Position numbers and translations under genes: made by a program. Source: an uncultured Candidatus Obscuribacterales bacterium (GTDB taxonomy: Bacteria > Cyanobacteriota > Vampirovibrionia > Obscuribacterales > Obscuribacteraceae). Taken from it: a DNA stretch of 64,000 nt. Where the stretch lies: NCBI GenBank assembly GCA_964541355.1, contig CAZISK010000001.1, forward strand, positions 4,335-68,334, read 5' to 3'. The notes below the pieces were generated by a model. That model was not told where the DNA came from. It ran no database searches and worked only from the letters and a program-made list of their open reading frames with translations. This document shows, one piece after another, positions 45,313 through 53,845 of this stretch. Every line of letters starts with the position of its first letter. Position 1 is the first letter of the stretch.

Positions 45313-46344
45313 TTACGGAGTTATGTTGCGCTCCTTCATAAAGACCTTCTCCACCCAGACCTCACCATGCACGCGACCGATACCCATGCTGAATTGCATA
45401 GAAGACTGATACTCCTCACAATAGACTTCATAAGGGAACTCGAGTCTGTACTCAACATCAGAATCGTCTTTTGGTAACGGCTTGAACCAGTCACAAACAT
45501 AGAGAGAAAGACCGGGGTAAATCACAGGATTGGAAAATGTATTGAACATTCTAGAAGTACGCTTACCGTGGGGCGCAAATCCCGCATTGACATCGTAAAC
45601 CAACTGACCACCTTGAATAGATTCATTTTTGGAAGTCCACACTAGTTTCTCTGGGTTGAAATCGTCGCTACTACCAGGGTGAAAGACTACAGCAGGGTGC
45701 CGCGCAAGGCCTCTTCCGCTATTTCTTAGTCCAAATGACACACATAGTTTGTTGCTGGATTGCGTACCGGCAAGCACGTGGAGTTCTAATTTTGGTACAG
45801 CTCTTCGCGCAAACATCGCTCCGACCTGGTTGTGTTCCATCGGCATTGAGCGCGTACCCATTCGAATGTAGTATCGATGCTGATTCTTTGCTGTAGCCAT
45901 TACAGGGTCGCCTTCCGTGACAGCGGGAATCAACATCACAAGAAAACCCTCATCGTCGGATTGCTCAATTGACTCGAATTCAACCCCCTCAACTGGTCGC
46001 TGCACCACCTGGCTTGAGAAACTTTCCATCGCGCTTTTGACTCGACTCAGCTCTCTTATAGGATGGAGGTCTTTGACCTGTTCCGGGTCATCGTCGTTAC
46101 CCTTGGTTGATACGCCCCACACTAGCACCCCACCGCTGGAGTTCGCGAACGCACTTATTGTCTTTGCCAAGTTTGTCTTGTCGTCGTCATTTAGGGACGG
46201 ACCATCTCTATGAAGCTTTTTGAACTCCAAAATATAGCTCTCTGATGCTTCATCGGTTTTCAGCGCACGAACATACTCGATTCCGCCTGTCTTGAACTCT
46301 TCAAATAAAGCGCGCACAGCGTCCATGATGCACCTCGGGCTCAC
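45313..46344 (-). CDS. AlbA_2 (Schlafen-like, divergent AAA_4-associated) DNA-binding-domain protein
   Basis: ESYILEFKKL......NLAKTISAFANSSGGVLVWGV matches the E..EFK...i.k.i.AFAN..GG.l..GV AlbA_2 signature. The C-terminal ~200 aa are unassigned. Confidence 0.65.
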   Translation of the reverse strand: MSPRCIMDAVRALFEEFKTGGIEYVRALKTDEASESYILEFKKLHRDGPSLNDDDKTNLAKTISAFANSSGGVLVWGVSTKGNDDDPEQVKDLHPIRELSRVKSAMESFSSQVVQRPVEGVEFESIEQSDDEGFLVMLIPAVTEGDPVMATAKNQHRYYIRMGTRSMPMEHNQVGAMFARRAVPKLELHVLAGTQSSNKLCVSFGLRNSGRGLARHPAVVFHPGSSDDFNPEKLVWTSKNESIQGGQLVYDVNAGFAPHGKRTSRMFNTFSNPVIYPGLSLYVCDWFKPLPKDDSDVEYRLEFPYEVYCEEYQSSMQFSMGIGRVHGEVWVEKVFMKERNITP

Positions 46345-46630
46345 TAATAAAAAGATATCCGACAGACCCCGAGTCAGAGGTCTCCGGGAATTAAATTTCG
46401 TTAGACTTCAAGCACATCCACATCTGCCACTACGGGCAGTATCATCGAAGCTCGATGCTTGAATTCCATGCTGGGATTCGAGTTTCGGCAATCTAAATTT
46501 CTTGCTATCGCATATGGTGGCATTCTCGGTATATCGATCCGCTGTACTTGATTGGCGACGAGCTGCTGATAGGCTGTAATTCAGAGGGCGGCACGTGGTC
46601 GCTCCAACCATCTAAAAAGGAATTTCTTCA

Positions 46631-46954
46631 ATGCTCGAAACGAAATTTGAATTCAGGCTCACCGCTCGCGGTACCATCGAAATGAACTGCCCCGGTGTGG
46701 GTGAAGCTGAATTTAGCATCCACAAGGCGACCGTGCTTAGGCACATCATCGCGACTCTTCCGCAGGTCACTACAACTAAGCCGAGCAGGCTGGGGCTGGG
46801 CAATGCCTGCGTAAAGATCTCCAAAATCAATGAACACGCCTATATCGAAATGCTCGTCAATTACGACCTGCATTCAGAAACCGGCACAGTGCCGATGACG
46901 CAGATTCCCGCTGCAATTCGACAGCTCGATGCGCTAATCTCCAGGGCTGCCTAG
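46631..46954 (+). CDS. hypothetical protein
   Basis: 107-aa ORF. No recognised domain. Confidence 0.35.
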   Translation: MLETKFEFRLTARGTIEMNCPGVGEAEFSIHKATVLRHIIATLPQVTTTKPSRLGLGNACVKISKINEHAYIEMLVNYDLHSETGTVPMTQIPAAIRQLDALISRAA

Positions 46955-47215
46955 CAGCCCATCCCTGCGCAGCTGATTCCAAACACTGATCGACTCGATG
47001 GTATACAGCCTCTCGCCGCATACCTCCAGATCATAGGATTTCAGCTGCCCGTCGAGTTCTTCTACCTCTACATGCTCAGGCCCGAGCCCTTGCTCGCGTA
47101 GCGCCTGGAAATCTGCCAGCTCTAATTCAGCTAGAGCCGCGGCTTCCGCTTCGGTAAGTACGGCTGGATCGCCAGAGCTAAGGGTTTCGAGCTTGGCATA
47201 TAGAGACTCGATCAC
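46934..47215 (-). CDS. hypothetical acidic protein
   Basis: 93-aa ORF, E/L/A-rich. It converges on 46631..46954 with a 21-nt overlap. Confidence 0.35.
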   Translation of the reverse strand: MIESLYAKLETLSSGDPAVLTEAEAAALAELELADFQALREQGLGPEHVEVEELDGQLKSYDLEVCGERLYTIESISVWNQLRRDGLLGSPGD

Positions 47216-47470
47216 GTTTTCATTTCCACCTCATTGGTTGATTGAGCGTGCATATGAATCGCACACTATACAGGCTATACAGGCGATCCGAGACACCCCA
47301 AGCCAACGGTCTCACCGCCACACCAAACCATAAGGGTGCTAGAGTTTTATCACGATCTCCGCAGCTAGTCGAGACGAGCAGGTGTATATACAATGGCAAC
47401 CCGCATCAGCTTCAAATGCAGCTCTTCAGCAAACCGATGGTGATGTTTGTGGCAATACTGATATGAAGCA

Positions 47471-47728
47471 CTAATACACTGGGCGTCCGCATCTACAGAT
47501 TCTTGGGGCAGTAGTTTCATAACGCTTGCCCGTGGGTGTTTTAGATTTTCTCTCAGCCCCAGCTGTACCCTGTCCAGCAGCGGTTACTCTAATCACCCCA
47601 CCGATCTCCTCTATCGGCTCATCCTCAGCTATCTTATGCGGTCCCTGGCAGAGAGCGCAGTGAACATCCTCAGCTTTCATCTTTTTCACGTTCTTATCTT
47701 CCATTTTTTTTGGCTCTCCTGCGAGCAA
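47471..47728 (-). CDS. hypothetical small protein with a split CxxC...CxC motif
   Basis: 85-aa ORF containing HCALCQGPH ... ICRCGRP. It lies downstream of the PLD gene on the same strand. Confidence 0.3.
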   Translation of the reverse strand: MLAGEPKKMEDKNVKKMKAEDVHCALCQGPHKIAEDEPIEEIGGVIRVTAAGQGTAGAERKSKTPTGKRYETTAPRICRCGRPVY

Positions 47729-47949
47729 TCTTTCATTTCGATCCTATCACAAACGCGATCTCCACTCGCTTGAAACCCGCATGATCTCTTAATCTTCGGA
47801 GATGCTCGTTATAAATTCCCGTTATTTATTTCTGTAATTTTGTCCGCTATATTTTTTTTGAAAAAAAAACGCGATTTATTTATTGGACATTTCGGCGCCG
47901 ATTTCGAAACAATAATCGCTCGATGGTATTGCCGCCGAGTTTCCCCACC

Positions 47950-48801
47950 TCACGTCCAAATGTTGTCCGGATCCGTTCGGCCATTAATCACCGAAAACTT
48001 TGTATGCTCAGCAAACCGCTCAATTCGGTAGAACTTCGAAATGTATTTGTTGTTCAATTCGCGGACCTTCACCAGGTCAGTCGAGATTTCCAGTAGCTCC
48101 TTTGATTCATCAGCTTTAGTCCAGCCTGCCATGGTGAGATTGGGGGAGCCGTAGAGTGCAACGATGCCATCGAACACATACAGCTTCTGGTGCGTTTGGT
48201 CGAAGTGAATATCAGATCCTGTGTGAGTTACATTGAAATTCCCAATCGATTGAAGGGTCTTAAGCGCCTGAACCTTGTATGCATCATTCGGCTTGTCGAG
48301 GGGCTCTCCAATGACACCACGAACCGGGATTCGAGTAGCGAGCATTGCAAGAGCACCAATTAACTCGGTGGTGAAGTTCCATGTTGCGAAATGAACAAAA
48401 TGCGAACTCTCTGCCATAAGACGAAACAGAAGGTCTATTGGCCGCGACGCCCCCGCTTTATACATAGATACCCACTTCACCAGTTTCTGCGAGTGCGTAA
48501 GGGCATCGTCAATTGCAATCAGAGAATCGTATGCACCGAAGAAGTCCTTCCAGCCGAAAGTGGAGCCGCCTTTTTCCCAGGATGCCTTGCATCCTGGGCA
48601 TATCGCGGTCTTCTCAGAGTGCTTCAGGTCTAGATAAATAGAAACCAGCGCCACACACCGTGGACACATCGCATTTGGGAAGCGAGCATCTGACAAGCTC
48701 TCGACATCAAAACCCATGTGTCGACCTCTAGTAGGAATTCGCAAACGTTGATTATAGCGCTTGTCGGTGCATGAATTCGTATCTACGAACGCCTGTAGCA
48801 C
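47950..48801 (-). CDS. PLD-family (HKD, Nuc-like) nuclease with an N-terminal zinc ribbon
   Basis: HQKLYVFDGIVALYGSPNLT is an exact HxK(x4)D(x6)GSxN motif. The N-terminus has CPRCVALV...ICPGCKASW. Confidence 0.75.
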   Translation of the reverse strand: MLQAFVDTNSCTDKRYNQRLRIPTRGRHMGFDVESLSDARFPNAMCPRCVALVSIYLDLKHSEKTAICPGCKASWEKGGSTFGWKDFFGAYDSLIAIDDALTHSQKLVKWVSMYKAGASRPIDLLFRLMAESSHFVHFATWNFTTELIGALAMLATRIPVRGVIGEPLDKPNDAYKVQALKTLQSIGNFNVTHTGSDIHFDQTHQKLYVFDGIVALYGSPNLTMAGWTKADESKELLEISTDLVKVRELNNKYISKFYRIERFAEHTKFSVINGRTDPDNIWT

Positions 48802-48853
48802 ATTCTAAACATTCACAAAATTTGCGTGCCGTCGTTGACGCACGAGCCAACCG

Positions 48854-49318
48854 GTGCGCATAGGGTCTGATATCCTTACATGCATGAGTAATGACATTGA
48901 ACATTTTATAGCGAAGAGTAATAAACTCCGCATCCTGAGCCGCATTAAGTCCGTTCGCTTATCTTCCTCTATTGAATTACCCTGCTGGAAATCATTGCGC
49001 AACGAAGCAGAAGAGATTCTCAATGATGCTGGCATTGAGACAGTCACTAGTGAAGAGTTTCTCGATGGGCAGGGCGAAGCAATGCTTCTAATTAAGTGGG
49101 GTCTGCCGAGCGAAGACGTAGGTATAGGACAGCTACTCTTGTTCGCTGACATGCAAATTCCAGGCACCGAGGATGAATTCCACACTTCGGTGATTTGGCT
49201 GTCTGAGTCGCTGCTGCTCTTAGACCTTCAAAAGCAGGAAGAGCTTAGGAAAATCGTTCTGAACGAAATTCGTGAGTTCGCAGCGGCGCACCAAAAGGCT
49301 TGCTCTTTGCCGAACTAG
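48854..49318 (+). CDS. hypothetical protein
   Basis: 154-aa ORF. No recognised domain, and the start is uncertain. Confidence 0.35.
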   Translation: MRIGSDILTCMSNDIEHFIAKSNKLRILSRIKSVRLSSSIELPCWKSLRNEAEEILNDAGIETVTSEEFLDGQGEAMLLIKWGLPSEDVGIGQLLLFADMQIPGTEDEFHTSVIWLSESLLLLDLQKQEELRKIVLNEIREFAAAHQKACSLPN

Positions 49319-49384
49319 CACAGAATCCTTAGAATACGTAAAGTGCTACTATGCTCATATAGGCCGAAGCCATGAGACGGGAAC

Positions 49385-49933
49385 ATGACACCTGGCAAAG
49401 AAAATTATAAGTTCGATCCTCCGCAAGATAGAAGATTCGAGGTTTTCGCCGTAATTGCTATCATTCTATTTTTTGCTTATTGGCAATTCAAAAATAGCCA
49501 GCTTGCAGAAACTGAAGTTCCTGCAAGCAAAACTGATACAAGCCAAACTGTCCAACCGCATAGAGGCAATCCTGCCAAGCGGGGCGGAACCGCTACTGTT
49601 CGAAAAGCTTATGACATACATTCCGATGACCCAAGCACGACCAATGATGAATCAAACGATCAACCAATTGGCCACTTCGGCGATGCCACGGTAACAGTTC
49701 GAAACGTCAGCAGTGGAAACTCTTATGACGTTGATGTGGACGTCGATGCAAACGAGGTGACAAGAATTTATTTTCAAAAAGGTGGCTGGGTAGATATGGA
49801 CACCAGTGATATAGATGAAGATGGCAATGGCAACGGGACCGATGAACAAGGTCGAGACTGGGAGTTTGAAGGCTACGTGCGGACACCGGAAAAAGCAGAT
49901 GATGATAACGGCGATGAGGATGCCGACAGTTAG
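49385..49933 (+). CDS. membrane-anchored protein with an acidic C-terminus
   Basis: 182 aa. It has a single TM helix (FEVFAVIAIILFFAYWQF) and a D/E/G-rich tail. Confidence 0.5.
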   Translation: MTPGKENYKFDPPQDRRFEVFAVIAIILFFAYWQFKNSQLAETEVPASKTDTSQTVQPHRGNPAKRGGTATVRKAYDIHSDDPSTTNDESNDQPIGHFGDATVTVRNVSSGNSYDVDVDVDANEVTRIYFQKGGWVDMDTSDIDEDGNGNGTDEQGRDWEFEGYVRTPEKADDDNGDEDADS

Positions 49934-50121
49934 TCCTTCATCAGGAAACCGGACTTAATGCGTCTTTATTCACGGGTAAAGAAGACTGGAACGTAAACCA
50001 GTTTGACGGTGAAATCGCTGAAACCATTTGATGGCACTGGTATCAACATTCGCCACTAACGGGTCGTTTATTTTGGGAATTCGCGTGGCAAATGGCTGGA
50101 AGCAATCATTGAGGATGAGAC

Positions 50122-50571
50122 ATGAGGCTATTGCTTGTATTGGGATTTATTACTCTTACTTTAGCGCCTGCATTCGCGGAGAATGACTTCGCTTCAAAAC
50201 TCGAAGGTGTTTACACGACACAGCAAACCGACTTCGTTACCATGAAGCGGCTAACCTTCACTAAAGAGAAAGATGGCAGAATAAGGATTCAAGCTGCTCT
50301 CATGGGCTTTCCTGAAGAGGTCTCACTGGGAGAAGCAACTCCAGAGCTATACACGCAACGACTTAGCAAAACGAACCCAGATTCATTACTGGCAACATTT
50401 TCGTCCAGCAAGTACAAACCATTTATGATTCTCAAACCGTCCACCGAAAAAGGCATTGGCGGTGGTTCGACAATCTTTCAAGTCATGACTTACACATGCT
50501 ACTTCCGCGACCTGGACGGGAAGAACGTGCACATAAGTGGCACACTGCATCGCAATGAAGGAGATAAATAG
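50122..50571 (+). CDS. secreted hypothetical protein
   Basis: 149 aa with the signal peptide MRLLLVLGFITLTLAPAFA. Confidence 0.55.
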   Translation: MRLLLVLGFITLTLAPAFAENDFASKLEGVYTTQQTDFVTMKRLTFTKEKDGRIRIQAALMGFPEEVSLGEATPELYTQRLSKTNPDSLLATFSSSKYKPFMILKPSTEKGIGGGSTIFQVMTYTCYFRDLDGKNVHISGTLHRNEGDK

Positions 50572-50969
50572 TGATAAACAAAGTATTTTCTCTGCTCTTT
50601 GTTTTGGCGATTTCAGTCACGACCGTCACTGCTAAGGAAGTCCAAGTCAAAGGCTACACAAAGAAAGACGGCACAAAGGTTGAAGGCTATACGAAGACCG
50701 TCAAAGACAGAGACACCACCAAGGTAAAGGCTTACACAAAGAAAGATGGCACTGTTGTAAAAGGCTATGAGCGCAAGAAGAAAGGTGGAGAAGGCACCAA
50801 TCCCGGTCCGCCAGTTGCGAAAGCTCAAGGTGGCGGAAAAGGAACATACCCAGGACCTGGTCCAGCTAAAACAGCAGGCGGCGAATTGGGCGGCAATCCT
50901 GGACCACCGGTAGCTAAATCTGGAGGCGATGTGAATCCAGGTGCGAAGCAGCAGAAGAAAGACAAATAA
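50571..50969 (+). CDS. secreted repeat protein (YTKKDGT.V.GY and NPGPPVAK repeats)
   Basis: 132 aa with the signal peptide INKVFSLLFVLAISVTTVTA. VKGYTKKDGTKVEGYTK and VKAYTKKDGTVVKGYERK are internal repeats, and G.NPGPPVAK occurs twice. Its start overlaps the upstream stop. Confidence 0.55.
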   Translation: MINKVFSLLFVLAISVTTVTAKEVQVKGYTKKDGTKVEGYTKTVKDRDTTKVKAYTKKDGTVVKGYERKKKGGEGTNPGPPVAKAQGGGKGTYPGPGPAKTAGGELGGNPGPPVAKSGGDVNPGAKQQKKDK

Positions 50970-50972
50970 CTC

Positions 50973-51539
50973 CTACTCTGCGTCTTGTTCAAGTCGATTC
51001 ACGAAGTCCGCAAACGACTCCGCAACCAGCGTTAGGTTGCGATGTAATCGATTAGCTGGAATCGGTTTACCTGCTTTTTCGTAGTCTTGCACGTCTGGTG
51101 ATTCATTTTGCGAATCCCAAAGGTAAATGCGGCCTCTCTTGACGTCATGGTCATCGTCATCAATGCCGATACAGAAGTAATTTCCGCGAAGGTCATAAGC
51201 AATCGGCACCACTGAAGGTGGCATGCGATCCTGTTCTCTAAAAACGTTGTATCGGTCAAAAATTCCATAATCCTCTGTCATTCCAGCGAAGCACATGACC
51301 TCCGGAAGATTTCTCTCTCCGCCTATATAACTCGGAGTTTTTGCAATCGGCCTCACTACCACCGATTCCCCAAAGCACGACTCCCCATACTTCGACACAA
51401 AGTCTCTGTAATCGTCCGGCAACCGTTGCCCAATGAGTTTCTCAAACTCATCAAGGTCTGCACCAACCAACGGGCAGTATGCATCCGCGATGGGTTGAAG
51501 TTTTAGGTGCTTAAGTTTGTTTTGAATTTCGGTTTTCAA
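50973..51539 (-). CDS. SMI1/KNR4 (SUKH-1) family immunity protein
   Basis: LDEFEKLIGQRLPDDYRDFVSKYGE is the SMI1/KNR4 N-terminal signature. Its start overlaps the toxin stop by 4 nt. Confidence 0.8.
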   Translation of the reverse strand: MKTEIQNKLKHLKLQPIADAYCPLVGADLDEFEKLIGQRLPDDYRDFVSKYGESCFGESVVVRPIAKTPSYIGGERNLPEVMCFAGMTEDYGIFDRYNVFREQDRMPPSVVPIAYDLRGNYFCIGIDDDDHDVKRGRIYLWDSQNESPDVQDYEKAGKPIPANRLHRNLTLVAESFADFVNRLEQDAE

Positions 51540-53509
51540 TACGCTGGATTCCTCAGTTTAAATGCGTCTCCCGTGTGTTTGAAATAGTCGTGCAATTGCA
51601 TGGGTACAAGCTGTACCTGCGACCCATTACCGCCTGGTGGCGTATGAAAATGGTGTGGCGTCAATCTTTGCGCTGCAAGCTTTATTTTTACTTGATTCGC
51701 AGATGTTGCACCTTCCCAACCTTGTTCTGCCAGATACTTGTAGATTTTCGGGAAGTCAGCATCCGAGCCGTCTAGTCCGTCAATAACAAAGTTCTTTTGC
51801 TTCCAAGCCCACTTCTTGAAGTCAGGGACGCCATGCTTGTATGGAATCAGGTCTCCCGGTTTCAAGAACTTCTTCAGGTCCTTCATTGCTTGCGCAGATG
51901 GTTTGAAATTCAACTTTCCTTTGATAACACCAAAGTCGCCTTTACCAGATTTGATCCATCCATCAGGCCAAGGAAGCTCTTCAACTGTGGCTCCATCAAG
52001 CTTCCATCCCTCCTTGATCTTCGACATGTCGCCGAAAGCAGGTTTAAATTTTCCGGCGGCTTTTTCAGCACCGGATTTCGCCATGTTGTATAGGTCTTCC
52101 CATGGTGAAGTTGCACCGGGAGGACCTCGAGGCGGCCAGTTGCTGCCGACGCCTGCGTGAGCAAGCGCGGGACCACTTCCCCACCTTGATGCAGCGGCTG
52201 CAAGTTTGCGCGCGCCAGCACCAAGCTTATCTTTTCCGGCCGCCAATGCTGCTTTCAACTCCGCACCGAGTTGTTGTGCATGCGGTTTGAGCACATCCTT
52301 TGCTTTGCCCAAGGCTTGCCCACCAACCTTGGAGGCACCTCCGAAGATGGCATTCCATGTCATCATCTTCCCGAGTTCTTTACCTTGTTTCCGGGGTGTC
52401 ATTTTCGAATAATCATCGACGTACTTCTCGGTTGCCTCGATTGCACCTTTAAGCAAGATATTGAACTTGCCCGGGTCGTTTACGGCCGTATCTAAAGTTT
52501 GCTCAGCAGCGTTCGCGAGTCCGGTCCCGAAAGCGCGCGCTGCTTCCGCAGCTTCCTGCAATGTGCCAGCGGGATCTTCCTTGAAGGACTCTGTTTCTTT
52601 TACCAGCTCATTAAAAGCAGTCTCACCTGTTTTGAATATCTCGTCCTTTGCCTCGTTAACACCATCCCCGATACCATCCATCTTTTCGGTAATGTTATGA
52701 ATCGTCGCTGCTCGCTTAGCAGGGTCGAAGATTTCGACGCCGGCACGCTTGGCCATGGCGTTGCCCATGTCAGCCAGTTTCTTCGTTAGATTCGGATGAT
52801 TGGGGCGTAGGTCGGCTGTCGGTAGCTGGTCCTCGGGTACTGTGCTTGTTGGTGTCGAAGTTGAAGGTATCGTGCTTGAAGGTGGGCTTGTGTTCGTCGA
52901 CGGCGTATACGGAGGTTGATACCCGGTTGATGGGGGTGTGTAGGGTGGTTGAGAAGATCCACCCCGCCCAGGTCTTGGTTGAGGCTGTCCTCCAGTGCCA
53001 CTGATAGGCGGATAAAATCCACCAGGGGGAGTGGTTCCACCTGCCTGTTCCCACGGCCGTGGCCTTATTGTTCCGTATGGCGGATTGTTGCTCGGTGGTT
53101 GTCGACCAGAGTTATTATTAGATTGCTGCTGAACTCTGCGCTGGAATTCATCCTCCAACTCGTGGAGCATCTTCTGAGTTGCGCGTCGAAGCTGATCAAC
53201 CCATCGAGCAATCCGTCTCTTTGTCGCCGGATCTTTAGTAGCTGCTCGTTGTCTCTCGGCCGTCTGGCTGCCAGAGTTCCACATCTGGTTGATGCGCTCA
53301 CGTTGTCCATCTCGCCAGGCTTTCAGTTCCTCATAGCTGCCCCCTTCTGGAGCGCCTGATATGAATGGATTGTTTGAGGGTATTTCTCCGCCCGTGTTCA
53401 CCGAGAATGTATCCGCGAAAACAGCCGGGCTCATGAAAACATGAGCAGTCACAAGAAGGACGCCAAGATATAGCGAAAGAAGGCGATTTATGAAAAGCAT
53501 GCCTACCAT
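51536..53509 (-). CDS. secreted polymorphic toxin with a C-terminal HNH/EndoVII-fold (WHH-like) nuclease domain
   Basis: 657 aa. It has a signal peptide (LLSLYLGVLLVTAHVFMSPAVFA) and a P/T/S/G-rich linker. The extreme C-terminus, RLTPHHFHTPPGGNGSQVQLVPMQLHDYFKHTGD, resembles the xHH...QLV....H....HtG toxin nucleases. A SUKH immunity gene follows immediately. Confidence 0.7.
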   Translation of the reverse strand: MVGMLFINRLLSLYLGVLLVTAHVFMSPAVFADTFSVNTGGEIPSNNPFISGAPEGGSYEELKAWRDGQRERINQMWNSGSQTAERQRAATKDPATKRRIARWVDQLRRATQKMLHELEDEFQRRVQQQSNNNSGRQPPSNNPPYGTIRPRPWEQAGGTTPPGGFYPPISGTGGQPQPRPGRGGSSQPPYTPPSTGYQPPYTPSTNTSPPSSTIPSTSTPTSTVPEDQLPTADLRPNHPNLTKKLADMGNAMAKRAGVEIFDPAKRAATIHNITEKMDGIGDGVNEAKDEIFKTGETAFNELVKETESFKEDPAGTLQEAAEAARAFGTGLANAAEQTLDTAVNDPGKFNILLKGAIEATEKYVDDYSKMTPRKQGKELGKMMTWNAIFGGASKVGGQALGKAKDVLKPHAQQLGAELKAALAAGKDKLGAGARKLAAAASRWGSGPALAHAGVGSNWPPRGPPGATSPWEDLYNMAKSGAEKAAGKFKPAFGDMSKIKEGWKLDGATVEELPWPDGWIKSGKGDFGVIKGKLNFKPSAQAMKDLKKFLKPGDLIPYKHGVPDFKKWAWKQKNFVIDGLDGSDADFPKIYKYLAEQGWEGATSANQVKIKLAAQRLTPHHFHTPPGGNGSQVQLVPMQLHDYFKHTGDAFKLRNPAY

Positions 53510-53633
53510 TCTAGCCGGTCAAGCAATACTTATTAGGCAATTTAACCCTTTAGGTTGTGTCCGGCTATCTGCGTGGTAAAGAGAACCTGGAGGCCCGGAA
53601 TCTCATATTGTCATTTCTTCGGAGGGCTAAGAA

Positions 53634-53843
53634 ATGAAATTGGCGCTCGGCCTTCTTTGTGCTTTTGTGTTTTCTCAATCGAACGCTATTGCATCTACAT
53701 GCCTAGGAGAGGACCCATGCCACGCATGCCGGACGTGCAGCTCATGTAAGAGATGCACGAAGCTCGGTGGCACTTGCGGTGTTTGCAAACCAGCGCGCTC
53801 ACATAGACACGCAAACACGCAGAAAATTTCGAAGAGAAAGTAG
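53634..53843 (+). CDS. small secreted cysteine-rich peptide
   Basis: 69 aa. The signal peptide is MKLALGLLCAFVFSQSNAIA. It is followed by CLGEDPCHACRTCSSCKRCTKLGGTCGVCKP (8 Cys in 31 aa) and a basic tail. Confidence 0.45.
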   Translation: MKLALGLLCAFVFSQSNAIASTCLGEDPCHACRTCSSCKRCTKLGGTCGVCKPARSHRHANTQKISKRK

Positions 53844-53845
53844 CA

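Noticed and set aside
47845-47880. The T8-G-A9 tract (attttttttgaaaaaaaaac) considered as a terminator hairpin.
   Set aside because: A pure A/T stem with a 1-nt loop is not a credible intrinsic terminator. It is more likely an AT-rich promoter or UP-like tract, or chance.
51575-53360. Many plus-strand and alternative-frame ORFs (up to 136 aa) inside the toxin gene.
   Set aside because: They arise from the P/T/S/G-rich, low-complexity coding region, which keeps several frames open. Only the 657-aa frame has a signal peptide, a toxin motif and a coupled immunity gene.
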